Source: an uncultured Ignavibacteria bacterium (GTDB taxonomy: Bacteria; Bacteroidota; Ignavibacteria; Kapaibacteriales; Kapaibacteriaceae). Taken from it: a stretch of 64,000 nucleotides of DNA. Location of the stretch: assembly GCA_937870915.1 (NCBI GenBank), contig CALMZQ010000027.1, forward strand, positions 1,289 to 65,288, given 5' to 3'. Of the stretch, positions 34,189-44,450 are shown one piece after another. Numbering within the stretch: position 1 is the stretch's first letter; every line of letters starts with the position of its first letter. The notes below the pieces were generated by a model. It was given only the letters and a program-made list of their open reading frames with translations, did no database searches and had not been told where the DNA came from. Made by a program: the position numbers and the translations under genes.

Positions 34189-35076
34189 ATGAGCATAAAA
34201 CGTGACATTCCCGTTATCACAACGGTGGCAGAAATGCATGCTTGGGTGGCAAACCAACGCTCGTTGGGCCATACCATTGGCTGCATTCCAACCATGGGCT
34301 ATCTGCACGATGGTCACGCATCGCTAATCCGCGAAGCGTCAGCACGTCACCAATCTGTGGTGATCTCGATCTTCGTCAACCCAACGCAGTTTGGTCCTTC
34401 TGAAGATTTTGAAAGGTATCCGCGCGATCTTGATCGAGATCTCTCTGTAGTTGCTGAAGCCGATGGCTCTATTGTGTTTGCTCCTACTGTTGATGAGATG
34501 TATCCAAACGGCCCACAAAGCACCATTCATGTTGATGGCGTTACGGAAATGTTAGAAGGGGCTCTTCGGCCCACCCACTTTGATGGAGTGGCAACGGTTG
34601 TTTCTCTTCTTTTTGAGGCGATGCTACCGGATGAGGCATTTTTTGGACAGAAGGACTTGCAACAAACGCTTGTGATACGCAGGATGGTAGAGTCGTCCCC
34701 CATCGCTGCCGTTCGTAGAGTAAAGATCACAATCATGCCCACCCAACGTGAAGCGGACGGACTTGCACGTAGTTCACGAAACGTCTATCTGACCAAGGAA
34801 GAGCGCGCGCTTGCTCCGGCGATCCATCAAGCACTTATCGCTGCAGTCAATGCGATCACATCTGGGGAGCGTTCACGCGAGGTTCTTGAAGCATTGATGC
34901 TCCGCAAACTCCAAACCGTGGATCGCTTCACGATCGACTATGCAGTGGCTGTTGATGCTCAGACCCTACTGCCAAAAGAGACGTATGATCAGGATGATAC
35001 TGTTGCACTGTGTATCGCAGCGCGTATTGGACGCACAAGGCTGATCGATAACGAACTCATCGGTGTTACAGGGTGA
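34189..35076 (+). CDS. panC: Pantoate--beta-alanine ligase
   Basis: PTMGYLHDGHASLI HIGH-type motif and full-length PanC pattern. Confidence 0.9.
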   Translation: MSIKRDIPVITTVAEMHAWVANQRSLGHTIGCIPTMGYLHDGHASLIREASARHQSVVISIFVNPTQFGPSEDFERYPRDLDRDLSVVAEADGSIVFAPTVDEMYPNGPQSTIHVDGVTEMLEGALRPTHFDGVATVVSLLFEAMLPDEAFFGQKDLQQTLVIRRMVESSPIAAVRRVKITIMPTQREADGLARSSRNVYLTKEERALAPAIHQALIAAVNAITSGERSREVLEALMLRKLQTVDRFTIDYAVAVDAQTLLPKETYDQDDTVALCIAARIGRTRLIDNELIGVTG

Positions 35077-35521
35077 TCCTGTATAGGAGCCAATCAGACA
35101 TCGACGTAGCTCCTCTGCGCGCATAGAAGTCTCGGGCTAACATATTCCAATCGAGTACCTGCCAGTCTACTCGCCCACAGCCACGGCTACGTCCGAGTTC
35201 TACAACTGCGTCGAACAAGGAGCCCCCTGCCCCACTCCGTCGATATTCTTCGAGAACAAAAAGGTCCTCGAGATACATCGTGGGCTTGGCAAGAAACGAC
35301 GAATACGTTTCCAAACAAATAGCATAACCAACGGCCTCATCATGTTCTGTAACAGCAAGAAGGGCCGTAAACCGCGGAGCACTACCGAATGCATCAGCAT
35401 ACAGCCGATCAACAGCGTCATCGGCTGGCGGTTCGAGTTTTTCATACTCAGCCAGGGCGTTAACTAGGCCGATGAATTCTGAGAATCTATCCGGGGTAAG
35501 CGCAACCACCTTCACGATCAA
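35066..35521 (-). CDS. GNAT-family N-acetyltransferase
   Basis: Acetyl-CoA binding pattern RRSGAGGSLF. TTG start overlapping the dsbD stop. Confidence 0.7.
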   Translation of the reverse strand: MIVKVVALTPDRFSEFIGLVNALAEYEKLEPPADDAVDRLYADAFGSAPRFTALLAVTEHDEAVGYAICLETYSSFLAKPTMYLEDLFVLEEYRRSGAGGSLFDAVVELGRSRGCGRVDWQVLDWNMLARDFYARRGATSMSDWLLYRITL

Positions 35522-37533
35522 AGCGCTTTCTTGAGGAAGTCAACAAAGAGTGCTGAATTGGAACGGTAGTTGGTTTGATAGCCGGACATAGCAATGAACG
35601 TCCCGTCGCTCTTAAGCAGTACATAGAGCGGATTAGCAACCGTCCCGTAGGATTTAAGAATGTTCTGGTTTGTGATATACGGTTCTGATTTTCTGTCCGT
35701 ATACAGCTGAACGAGTACGAACTTTTTAAAAGCCTCTTGGACATCAGACTTTGGGAACACAAGTTTCTCCATCAGCCTGCAATTCACACAGGAGAATCCC
35801 GTGAAATCGATGAAGATCGGCTTATTCTCCGCAGCAGCTACCTTCTTTGCCTCATCCAGGTTTGTGAACCATTTCATCGATGCGTGTGCCGATGCTGCCT
35901 CTGATGTTGGCACAACGGATGAAGACGTTCCATTCATCACATCTAACAACTGATGATAGTTTTCGGGTGGCAACAATGCCTCAAGATCCGCGGCAAGGGG
36001 CTTGCCATTCGCTCCGATAATGAACCACACGGATAACGTTGCGAAGATCACTGTAAAGAACGCACGGAGTCCACTCACCTTTTCGAGTTTCGAATCGAGC
36101 TTCATCTCAAACGTACCGATGAGATAGAGTGTTATCACAATACACACACCAGCCCAGATCGAGAGGAACACTTCGCGCGGGAGCAGGCCCAAGCCAAAGA
36201 TGAACTCAGCCGTTGAGAAGAATTTGATCGCAGCAGCGATTTCCAAGAATCCCATCACAACCTTGAGGTTGTTCATCCAGCCGCCTGCGCGCGGAAGTCG
36301 GACAAGTAAGGATGGGAACATCGAGAGTGCAACAAAGGGAATTGCAAAAGCTGTTGCAAAGCCCAACGTCCCAACTGCAGGATAGAGGAGATCTCCACCG
36401 CCCGAAGCGCTCAGAAGCAATGTGCCAACAAATGGCACCGTACATGTAAATGATGTGAGCGAGAACGTGAGACCCATGAGGAGGATTGAGATGCTTCCAT
36501 CTCCCTGACTCTTCTTATTCAGGGCATTCATAACGGAAATCGGCACCTGGATCTCAAACGCTCCAAAGAGATTGAAGGCCAACACCACGAATAACGTTCC
36601 AATACCAAGATTAAGCCATGGGTTGGCTGCGAGATCCTGAACAGCCGACGCGCCAAAGATGAGCGAGGCAATGATTCCAACGGCAGTGAACGTAGAGATG
36701 ATGCCAAGTCCAAAGAGCATGCTTTCTTGGATTCCCTTTCCGCTACGCTTTTCGTGTCGCTTTGTGAAGAACGAAACGGTGATCGGAATCATCGGAAACA
36801 CACATGGTGTAAGCAACGCCAAGAACCCAATCCCCATTGCGTAGAAGAAGAAACTCCATAGCCCCTTTTGTTGCTCTGCTTCAATCTCCGTCCCTCCGGT
36901 TGGAGCACCTGCCGTTTCAACCTTTGTTGCACGTGCCCCAGCAGCTGTATCTGCTGCGATAGCCTGAACAACATCAACCGTGTCGCTCATGTCGCCAACG
37001 AATTCAGAGGTCACGATGATCTTGCCGATCGGAACGGGCACCTCTTCAAAAGGCATGCAACCTGAAGTGTCGCACATCTGGACACCAAGTTTGATATCCC
37101 CCGTCTGAGTTCCCTTCTTCAGTCGCTTATCGAAAACAACGCGTACGTTGATCTCTGTGCTTCCGGACAACTCTTCGACCCTTGCTCCCCACGTGCTATC
37201 GAACTTCGTATGCGAGCCCTTGAGTACCTGCGGTTTGCCTGCCAATCTCAGAGTTCCCTTCGGTCCAACGACAATCTCTGACGCGTCGGGTCCAAGTCCA
37301 TCTGGGCCAACAACCTTTGTGAACCCGTATGAGTGCCAGTGTTTATCGAATTTCACCTTGAGGGTAAGCATTACCGTATCGCCTGCCTTGCCGGAGATCT
37401 CCGATATGGGGCTAATGGTAACGTGATCCTTGCCCGATGGCATTTGCGCCATGGCAGGGGCTGACCAGAGGGCGCATAGCGAGGTTACCATTGTTACAAT
37501 GGCGACTATACGATTCAATGTTGTTGGGCTCAT
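35518..37533 (-). CDS. dsbD: Thiol:disulfide interchange protein DsbD-like (N-terminal Ig-like domain, CcdA-type membrane core, C-terminal thioredoxin)
   Basis: Membrane motif TPCVFPMIPITVSFF, C-terminal FTGFSCVNCRLME. ATG 37533 gives a signal peptide; ORF-track start 37545 is GTG. Confidence 0.8.
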   Translation of the reverse strand: MSPTTLNRIVAIVTMVTSLCALWSAPAMAQMPSGKDHVTISPISEISGKAGDTVMLTLKVKFDKHWHSYGFTKVVGPDGLGPDASEIVVGPKGTLRLAGKPQVLKGSHTKFDSTWGARVEELSGSTEINVRVVFDKRLKKGTQTGDIKLGVQMCDTSGCMPFEEVPVPIGKIIVTSEFVGDMSDTVDVVQAIAADTAAGARATKVETAGAPTGGTEIEAEQQKGLWSFFFYAMGIGFLALLTPCVFPMIPITVSFFTKRHEKRSGKGIQESMLFGLGIISTFTAVGIIASLIFGASAVQDLAANPWLNLGIGTLFVVLAFNLFGAFEIQVPISVMNALNKKSQGDGSISILLMGLTFSLTSFTCTVPFVGTLLLSASGGGDLLYPAVGTLGFATAFAIPFVALSMFPSLLVRLPRAGGWMNNLKVVMGFLEIAAAIKFFSTAEFIFGLGLLPREVFLSIWAGVCIVITLYLIGTFEMKLDSKLEKVSGLRAFFTVIFATLSVWFIIGANGKPLAADLEALLPPENYHQLLDVMNGTSSSVVPTSEAASAHASMKWFTNLDEAKKVAAAENKPIFIDFTGFSCVNCRLMEKLVFPKSDVQEAFKKFVLVQLYTDRKSEPYITNQNILKSYGTVANPLYVLLKSDGTFIAMSGYQTNYRSNSALFVDFLKKAL

Positions 37534-37546
37534 TATCTCACGCACA

Positions 37547-38065
37547 TTAACGTCTAACGTTATTGATCACAATCTCGATCGGAAGATCGACGTACTCCGG
37601 AGCTAGGCACATCTGGCCGTCACACATTTGGAATCCGACGGTAATGACTGAGGAATGCATACCTTGTTGCAGCGAAGCAGCCACGGTCAGAGGAATTTTA
37701 ATCTCCACAAATCCGGCAACCTCTTCAACATCGGCACCCCAGACCTCGTCTCGGTGTATGGAAGCCCCTTTCACGATTTTGGCATTCTTGCCCGGCACGA
37801 GCAGACTGTCCGGGCCGGCCACGATAGTCATTGGTTCCGGGCCCAAGCCATCAGGTCCCACAACCGGCGTCAACCCGTAGGTATGCCATCCTTGCTCAAT
37901 TGTAGCCTTTACCACGATTACAAGGGGCGAACCCGTACCAATCTGAACACGATCGATCTTCTCAAACGTGATGTGGTCCTTCCCACTCTTCATTTGGGCG
38001 TGGATGTTCACCGCTGAAAATGCGAGCAGGATCGCAATCGCAATGTTTCGGGCGGATTTGAACAT
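37547..38065 (-). CDS. Stand-alone paralog of the DsbD N-terminal domain
   Basis: Aligns by eye with the first ~170 aa of the downstream DsbD (SGKDH.T..., WH.YG.T.VVGPDGLGP....IV.GP, QMCD...C). Signal peptide present. Confidence 0.6.
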   Translation of the reverse strand: MFKSARNIAIAILLAFSAVNIHAQMKSGKDHITFEKIDRVQIGTGSPLVIVVKATIEQGWHTYGLTPVVGPDGLGPEPMTIVAGPDSLLVPGKNAKIVKGASIHRDEVWGADVEEVAGFVEIKIPLTVAASLQQGMHSSVITVGFQMCDGQMCLAPEYVDLPIEIVINNVRR

Positions 38066-38130
38066 CTGGGGACCTATACAATGGCCAAAGAAGACGGGTC
38101 AGTATAAACTTACGCAACATCCACGGTTCG

Positions 38131-38138
38131 TATCTTTG
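38131..38138 (+). promoter_or_regulatory. Candidate -7 box TATCTTTG upstream of glyQS
   Basis: Matches TAnnTTTG, 28 nt before ATG 38167. Confidence 0.3.
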
Positions 38139-38166
38139 GGTTGCTTTTCTCAAGTATTTACACCCA

Positions 38167-39600
38167 ATGGCCGCACAAACCACACTCGACGCGATCCTCT
38201 CCCTTTCGAAACGCAAGGGATTTGTTTATCAGTCCTCGGAGATCTACGGCGGACTTAACGGCTGTTATGATTTTGGTCCCCTGGGAGTTGAACTCCTGCG
38301 CAACATCAAGGACTCGTGGTGGAAGGCCATGACGTATCGGACGGATATCGTGGGGATTGATTCGTCCATCCTCATGCACCCACGTGTGTGGGAGGCATCC
38401 GGTCACGTTGGACAGTTCAGCGACCCAATGATCGATAACAAAACGTCGAAGTCCCGTCACCGAGCTGACAACCTCATCGAAGAATTTGCAGCTCGTTTGC
38501 GCAACAAGGGGAAGACCGATCAGGCTACGATCGTTGAGAATGCTCTTAACGCGGCTACGACCAACGAGGATCTGCACGCGATCATCATTGCGAACAACAT
38601 CCCTGACCCTATATCGGGCACTACGGACTGGACAGAGGTGCGCAACTTCAATCTCATGTTCGAAACCCACGTTGGGCCGGTGGCTGATGCGTCCAGTACA
38701 GTCTACCTCCGTCCGGAGACGGCACAGGGGATCTTTGTGAACTTCAAGAACGTGATGGACTCCGCACGTATGAAGCCTCCGTTCGGCATAGCGCAGATCG
38801 GCAAGAGTTTTCGCAATGAAATCAACACCAAGAACTTCCTCTTCCGCGTTCGTGAATTTGAACAAATGGAGATGCAGTTCTTTATCAAGCCCGGCACCGA
38901 GGGGGAATGGTTTGAGTATTGGCGTCAGGCCCGTTGGGATTGGTTCGTAAACTCTATTGGAATTGATCCTGAGCACCTGCACCGCAAGCCCCATGAAAAA
39001 CTTGCTCACTATGCAGCGGCTGCCGAGGACATCGAATATCTCTTCCCGTTTGGTTGGGGCGAAGTAGAAGGCATCCATTCTCGCACGGATTTCGACCTCC
39101 AGAGACATCAGGAATTTTCGGGAAAGAAACTCGAATACGTAGACACCGTCTCCAAGGACCGATACACGCCGTATGTAATTGAAACTGCGGTTGGTGCTAC
39201 TCGCACATTTTTGGCTGTGTTATGTGATGCCTATGCAGAAGAAGAAGTGCCAACAGGAGATGGCGGAACAGAGACCCGTTCGGTAATGCGCCTTAAGCCT
39301 TCACTTGCACCAATGACGGCAGCTGTTTTGCCCCTTGTGAACAAAGATGGAATGCCGGAAGCCGGCGAGACTATCATGCGGAACTTACAACGTTCATTCC
39401 GTGTAGAATTCGACACGAGTGGAGCCATTGGGCGCAGGTACCGCAGACAGGACGAGGTTGGAACACCTTTCTGTATCACTGTTGACGGTCAGACGATCTC
39501 GGACTCTACCGTTACGCTACGAGAGCGCGATTCCATGCAACAGGTTCGCGTACATACAGACACACTCACAGAAGAGATACGACGTCGTCTCGAACAATGA
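38167..39600 (+). CDS. glyQS: Glycine--tRNA ligase (class II, homodimeric type)
   Basis: N-terminus KRKGFVYQSSEIYGGL.., class II motifs (FRNE, RVREFEQME), and an anticodon-binding C-terminal domain. Confidence 0.9.
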   Translation: MAAQTTLDAILSLSKRKGFVYQSSEIYGGLNGCYDFGPLGVELLRNIKDSWWKAMTYRTDIVGIDSSILMHPRVWEASGHVGQFSDPMIDNKTSKSRHRADNLIEEFAARLRNKGKTDQATIVENALNAATTNEDLHAIIIANNIPDPISGTTDWTEVRNFNLMFETHVGPVADASSTVYLRPETAQGIFVNFKNVMDSARMKPPFGIAQIGKSFRNEINTKNFLFRVREFEQMEMQFFIKPGTEGEWFEYWRQARWDWFVNSIGIDPEHLHRKPHEKLAHYAAAAEDIEYLFPFGWGEVEGIHSRTDFDLQRHQEFSGKKLEYVDTVSKDRYTPYVIETAVGATRTFLAVLCDAYAEEEVPTGDGGTETRSVMRLKPSLAPMTAAVLPLVNKDGMPEAGETIMRNLQRSFRVEFDTSGAIGRRYRRQDEVGTPFCITVDGQTISDSTVTLRERDSMQQVRVHTDTLTEEIRRRLEQ

Positions 39601-41273
39601 AAAGAACCCACCTCATCTTGGCATACACTGTGTTCGTAACGGGGGCATCAGCTGCACCCGTACCAACCGATGACGCCTCGTTCTACCTTCGCCTGGCGCG
39701 TTCCTTGGAGTCCTTTGGAGCCGTGTTCCGCGAGGTGAATACAACGTATGTCGATGAAGTGGATCCGGAAGATCTTGTCGAAGTGGGCATTGATGCCATG
39801 CTTCGGCACCTCGACCCGTATTCAACGTACATGAAGTTTGATGAGACCGATGATCTAGATATGCTGTCAACCGGAGCATACGTAGGATTCGGGATCTCCG
39901 TTGGACGCCGAGATAGCCTGCTCACAATCATCGACATCCGTCAGGATGGACCCGCAAAGAGGTCCGGCATCCGTATTGGTGATCATCTCATCGCCATCGA
40001 TGCAGTTCGCACTGATACAATGTCGCCACAAAGCCTTCGCCCACATACTCGAGGCGCGGCAGGGTCTTCTGCCAAGCTCCGTGTATTTCGAGACGGTCGC
40101 AAGGACACGATCGAAGTAGTTGTTCGCAGAGAGGAACTACCCGTTGAGACCGTTGGGCATGCAGAGTTATTACCCGGTGGTATCGGATATGTAAGGCTTG
40201 CCCGTTTTGCTCGTGGCACGGGGCTTGCCGTTCGTCGTGCATTGAGCGATTTGCAAGAACAAACAGATCTCCAGGGCTTTATTCTCGATCTGCGTGATAA
40301 TCCAGGCGGACTTCTTGATGCAGCCGTGGACGTTGTTGAGCTCTTTGTCCCAAACAATAGCGTTATCGTAACCACTCGTGGTAGAGATGGGAACGAGTAT
40401 CGCTCCTACTCATCGAATGAAGAGCCTATTGAACCAACACTCCCACTTGCAGTACTCATTAATGAACGCAGTGCAAGTGCCAGTGAGATCGTTGCCGGTG
40501 CAATCCAGGACCTCGACCGCGGAATCATCATCGGTAAACGCTCGTACGGTAAGGGGCTAGTTCAGACAATGGTCCCGCTACCGAATGAAGCCACGCTCAA
40601 ACTCACCACATCTCGCTACTTCACCCCTTCGGGCAGAAGCATTCAACGTATCGACTATCGAACGCGGCGAGCACCCATTGGTGAGCCGAATAACGCCATT
40701 GCCGGGGCCGACTCAATTCCCCACGTTTACAAAACTTCCAATGGCCGATCTGTTGCCGAACTCCATGGCATCGACCCTGATTCAGCCGTAGCTGACTCAG
40801 TGTTGCCAGCGCTCATTTCCTATCTCGATTCTGAATATGTCTTCGGACGCTTCGCAACGATCTACGCAGCCACTATAGATTCCCTACCCTCAACATTCTC
40901 AGTTGAAAAGGGGCTGATCGAACGCTTTGTTGCATTCGTTGATTCGCTCCCACCGGCTAAACGATCGCCGTTTCTGGCAGAACTGGCTTCGGCAAGAACC
41001 CGCGCATTGGCAAGTGGATGGTCGTCAACATCCTTGAAATCCCTTGAACAGGCCGAGAAAGCGCTGGAGAGAGAGATCGGCCGCACCATCCGCCTGAATC
41101 AAACCCTTGTTGGAGAGCGCTTGGAGCAGGAGATTCGCACACGTTTCGGCACCGATAAGATCCGCGAATCGCGTGCACTGCGATTCGATCCGCTTGTTCG
41201 CGCAGCCAAGAACATTCTGTCTTCTCCCCAATATCGTCTGATATTGGCAACACAAGTCCCCGCAGATCAGTAA
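39597..41273 (+). CDS. S41-family carboxy-terminal processing peptidase with PDZ domain
   Basis: PDZ (GPAKRSGIRIGDHLIAID) and S41 catalytic region (DLRDNPGGLL, SASASEIVAGA..KRSYGKG). Confidence 0.85.
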   Translation: MKRTHLILAYTVFVTGASAAPVPTDDASFYLRLARSLESFGAVFREVNTTYVDEVDPEDLVEVGIDAMLRHLDPYSTYMKFDETDDLDMLSTGAYVGFGISVGRRDSLLTIIDIRQDGPAKRSGIRIGDHLIAIDAVRTDTMSPQSLRPHTRGAAGSSAKLRVFRDGRKDTIEVVVRREELPVETVGHAELLPGGIGYVRLARFARGTGLAVRRALSDLQEQTDLQGFILDLRDNPGGLLDAAVDVVELFVPNNSVIVTTRGRDGNEYRSYSSNEEPIEPTLPLAVLINERSASASEIVAGAIQDLDRGIIIGKRSYGKGLVQTMVPLPNEATLKLTTSRYFTPSGRSIQRIDYRTRRAPIGEPNNAIAGADSIPHVYKTSNGRSVAELHGIDPDSAVADSVLPALISYLDSEYVFGRFATIYAATIDSLPSTFSVEKGLIERFVAFVDSLPPAKRSPFLAELASARTRALASGWSSTSLKSLEQAEKALEREIGRTIRLNQTLVGERLEQEIRTRFGTDKIRESRALRFDPLVRAAKNILSSPQYRLILATQVPADQ

Positions 41274-41369
41274 CTTTGCAGCCCGCATCGTGATTCGTCA
41301 CGTTTGCACGAAGGGAAGACATCGTACGTCTCCCCCTTGCTTCCTATTTCGTTATCCAGAGGTCTGCCC

Positions 41370-42233
41370 ATGAGGATCACCAAACAATACACCAATCGCG
41401 AGAGCCAATCGCTCGACAAATACCTTCAGGAGATCGGCCGTGTGGATCTTCTTACAGGTAACGATGAGATCGATCTCGCTCAGGCGATCAGGCGTGGAGG
41501 CTTTGAAGGCTCCATGGCGCTTGAGCGTCTTGTGAAAGCGAACCTTCGCTTTGTGGTGTCGGTGGCCAAGCAGTATCAAAATCAGGGCCTCTCCCTTGGT
41601 GACCTTATCAACGAAGGCAACCTCGGTCTGATCAAAGCAGCTAAACGATTTGATGAAACGCGCGGCTTTAAATTCATCTCCTACGCCGTATGGTGGATCC
41701 GTCAGTCGATCCTCCAAGCGCTTGCAGAACAATCACGCATCGTTCGCCTCCCGCTCAACCGCGTTGGGGCTCTGAACAAGATCGGTAAGAAGTTCTCTGA
41801 ACTCGAGCAACAATACGAGCGTGAACCAACCGCCGCAGAACTTGCAGAACAACTCGAGATGTCTATCGCAGAGATCTCCGAAACGATTAAGATTTCCGGA
41901 CGTCACCTCTCTGTAGATGCGCCGTTTGTGCAAGGTGAAGACAACCGACTTCTCGACATCCTTCCGAACGATCAGCAACCACCGCCGGACAGCGAACTCA
42001 TGCGCGAATCACTTCGCGTTGAAGTTCAACAAGTACTCAACACTCTCAGCGACCGCGAAGCTGAAGTGATTCGCCTGTACTTCGGTCTTGACGATCAGCA
42101 AGCTCTCACACTCGAAGAGATCGGCGAGAAATTCAACCTCACCCGCGAACGTGTACGCCAGATCAAGGAAAAGGCCATTCGCCGCCTTCGCCACGCAAGT
42201 CGCTCAAAGGCACTTAGAACATATCTGGGTTAA
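41370..42233 (+). CDS. rpoD: Primary-type RNA polymerase sigma factor, 287 aa, lacking region 1.1
   Basis: Regions 1.2-4.2 are recognisable ([41 protein letters not shown]). The size matches the short Bacteroidetes sigma-A type. Confidence 0.85.
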   Translation: MRITKQYTNRESQSLDKYLQEIGRVDLLTGNDEIDLAQAIRRGGFEGSMALERLVKANLRFVVSVAKQYQNQGLSLGDLINEGNLGLIKAAKRFDETRGFKFISYAVWWIRQSILQALAEQSRIVRLPLNRVGALNKIGKKFSELEQQYEREPTAAELAEQLEMSIAEISETIKISGRHLSVDAPFVQGEDNRLLDILPNDQQPPPDSELMRESLRVEVQQVLNTLSDREAEVIRLYFGLDDQQALTLEEIGEKFNLTRERVRQIKEKAIRRLRHASRSKALRTYLG

Positions 42234-42239
42234 AGCTAC

Positions 42240-42346
42240 AAGTAACGAGTTACTAGTTACATGTTACTAGTTACGAGTATCCTGTTTCTTGCAACTTGTA
42301 ACTAGTAACTAGTAACTAGTAACTCGTAACTAGTAACTCGCAACTC
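42240..42346. repeat. Inverted arrays of the GTAACTA heptamer filling the rpoD-rimM spacer
   Basis: The left arm carries GTTACTAG-type units (42248-42285). The right arm has 7 GTAAC units at an exact 7-bp period (starts 42298 to 42340). The arms are mutually complementary (CGAGTTACTAGTTAC is shared). Confidence 0.9.
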
Positions 42347-42356
42347 GCATCTAACC

Positions 42357-42902
42357 ATGGTTTTCACCGAATACATCGGCGTCATAGCCCGGACCCATGG
42401 TCTTGATGGGACGATGTTCCTCATGGACACCGTGGGTATCCCGCAGGGGCTACGCGAAGGGGCAACGGTCGGAATCGGCTACTCTCGAGATTTTGCAAAG
42501 ACGTTCACTATCGACGCCTTTGATGCAACGCCTATGCGCACAACCCTTCGCGTGAAGGAAATTGCTAGTGCGGACGAAGCGCAAGCATTTGTGGAACAGG
42601 CGGTCTATTGCAGACCTGAAGATGTTGGCCTCAATGATGACGACCGATTTCGAATAGGCGACATCGAAGGGTGTGCTGTTATCACCAAGGACGGCACACA
42701 CATAGGAACTGTTTCCGATGTGTGGCTCATGCCTGCAAACGACGTATGGGTTGTGACGCTTCCAGACGGGCGCACCGTTCCATTCCCTGTGATCGATGAT
42801 GTGATTCTCAACGTGGACACCGATTCAAGGCGGATTGTTGTGGAACTCATCCCCGGACTACTTGACCTTGGCTCTCCGGCGGCCGAGGATCGCGATGAGT
42901 GA
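42357..42902 (+). CDS. rimM: 16S rRNA processing protein RimM
   Basis: RimM N-terminal beta-barrel (IGVIARTHGLDG) plus a PRC barrel. Synteny with trmD. Confidence 0.85.
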   Translation: MVFTEYIGVIARTHGLDGTMFLMDTVGIPQGLREGATVGIGYSRDFAKTFTIDAFDATPMRTTLRVKEIASADEAQAFVEQAVYCRPEDVGLNDDDRFRIGDIEGCAVITKDGTHIGTVSDVWLMPANDVWVVTLPDGRTVPFPVIDDVILNVDTDSRRIVVELIPGLLDLGSPAAEDRDE

Positions 42903-43596
42903 ACCCAAACTCCGCATAGATATTGTCTGTGTGGTTCCACAGATACTAGAATCATTCGTATCTACGTCGATCATTGGCAGAGGTCAAGAAAAGGGGCTCG
43001 TTGAGATCCATATGCACAATCTCCACGACTATGCAACGGATCGCTACAAACACATAGACGACTCCCCCTATGGCGGAGGTGCCGGCATGGTGATCCAATG
43101 TGAGCCCGTGTTTGCCTGCATCGAAGGCCTCTTGGCTCAACGTCATTACGACGATGTGATCTACCTCTGTCCTGACGGTAGAGTTCTTACCCAAGACACG
43201 TGCAACGAACTTTCGCTAAAGGGTTCGCTGATTCTCCTATGTGGACATTACAAGGGAATTGATCAGCGTATTCGTGATGTACTCGTAACGCGTGAGATCT
43301 CTGTGGGTGACTACGTGCTCACGGGTGGCGAGATCGCTGCGGCAGTACTCACAGACGCAATCGTGCGACTCATCCCTGGCGTTGTTGGAGATGCAGAAAG
43401 TGTACTTGATGACTCATTCATGGATGGGCTTCTCGATGCTCCACTCTACACAAAGCCGGCAGACTTCCGCGGAATGATCGTGCCCGACGTGCTCACCAGC
43501 GGCAACCACAAGCTGATCCGTGTATGGCGAAATGAACAGTCGCTTGCAAAGACAAGAGAACGCAGACCCGATCTGCTAGAGGGGCGAGATACATGA
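42895..43596 (+). CDS. trmD: tRNA (guanine37-N1)-methyltransferase
   Basis: SPOUT knot motifs (LLCGHYKGIDQR, SVGDYVLTGGE). ATG 42895 overlaps the rimM end. Confidence 0.9.
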   Translation: MSEPKLRIDIVCVVPQILESFVSTSIIGRGQEKGLVEIHMHNLHDYATDRYKHIDDSPYGGGAGMVIQCEPVFACIEGLLAQRHYDDVIYLCPDGRVLTQDTCNELSLKGSLILLCGHYKGIDQRIRDVLVTREISVGDYVLTGGEIAAAVLTDAIVRLIPGVVGDAESVLDDSFMDGLLDAPLYTKPADFRGMIVPDVLTSGNHKLIRVWRNEQSLAKTRERRPDLLEGRDT

Positions 43597-44450
43597 GCTT
43601 CTACCCTGAGGTTACGTGTGCTCTGCCCAATCGCCACGGCAAGCCCCTTCACATTACTACAACATTTCCAGAGAACACTATCGGCTGTCCGCTGATATTG
43701 ATTCTCCATGGATTCAAGGGGTTTCGCAACTACAGCTTTCTGCCCTGGATCGCCCAACATGCCGCAGCGAATGGCATGATCGCTGTTCGGTTTTGCTTCT
43801 CCGGAAACGGCATGAACGGAACGTCGTGGCTGGTACAAGACCTTGATGCTTTTGCATCAAACACGATCTCGCAGAAGGTAGACGACGTGCATGATATGAT
43901 CAGTCTTGTGCAGACTGACGATCAGTTTGCGTCGCTTCGTGATCGGTGGAACGGCCAGATCTATCTCTTGGGACACTCACGCGGTGGCGGCATTGCCCAG
44001 GTTGTATCACGAGAACTCATTGAAGCCAACCGTATTCCAATCGTGAAAACTGCTGTCTACAACTCTGTTGGAACCTGGATTCGCTGGACGGATCGTCAGC
44101 GAACGGAGTGGCTGTCAAAGGGTGCGCTGTCATTCACCAATGAGCGCACCAAGCAGATCGTGCAGATGAATGCGTCCTATGTAGAAGACATCGAAGCTAA
44201 CGCAGATCGGCTCTCACTCGATATGGCAGCTTCCGTTTGTGGAGACCGCCTTGCATTCTTCCATGCCGTGAACGATCTCACGGTCCCTTTGTCGGAGATC
44301 GTTGCACTTCGATCCCGCACGGAAACAAGTGCACCACTGTTTACCATTCCCAATACAACACATACCTTTGGTATGACTCATCCCGTGGATCGCATCACCC
44401 ATGGATTTGTAACTGTCCTCAACGAGAGTTTTACGTGGCTACTTCAATGA
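43593..44450 (+). CDS. Alpha/beta-fold hydrolase
   Basis: LILHGFKG and nucleophile elbow GHSRGG. Confidence 0.7.
   Translation: MSFYPEVTCALPNRHGKPLHITTTFPENTIGCPLILILHGFKGFRNYSFLPWIAQHAAANGMIAVRFCFSGNGMNGTSWLVQDLDAFASNTISQKVDDVHDMISLVQTDDQFASLRDRWNGQIYLLGHSRGGGIAQVVSRELIEANRIPIVKTAVYNSVGTWIRWTDRQRTEWLSKGALSFTNERTKQIVQMNASYVEDIEANADRLSLDMAASVCGDRLAFFHAVNDLTVPLSEIVALRSRTETSAPLFTIPNTTHTFGMTHPVDRITHGFVTVLNESFTWLLQ

Noticed and set aside
38158-39108. 316-aa ORF antisense to glyQS
   Set aside because: It overlaps the well-supported glycyl-tRNA synthetase gene on the opposite strand and has no recognisable motifs. This is a typical shadow ORF caused by codon bias.
280-42346. CRISPR array interpretation of the short tandem repeats (280-336, 431-463, 8932-8960, 15711-15794, 28051-28113, 42240-42346)
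   Set aside because: The units are 7-9 bp and directly abutting, with no spacers, and no cas genes are in the window.
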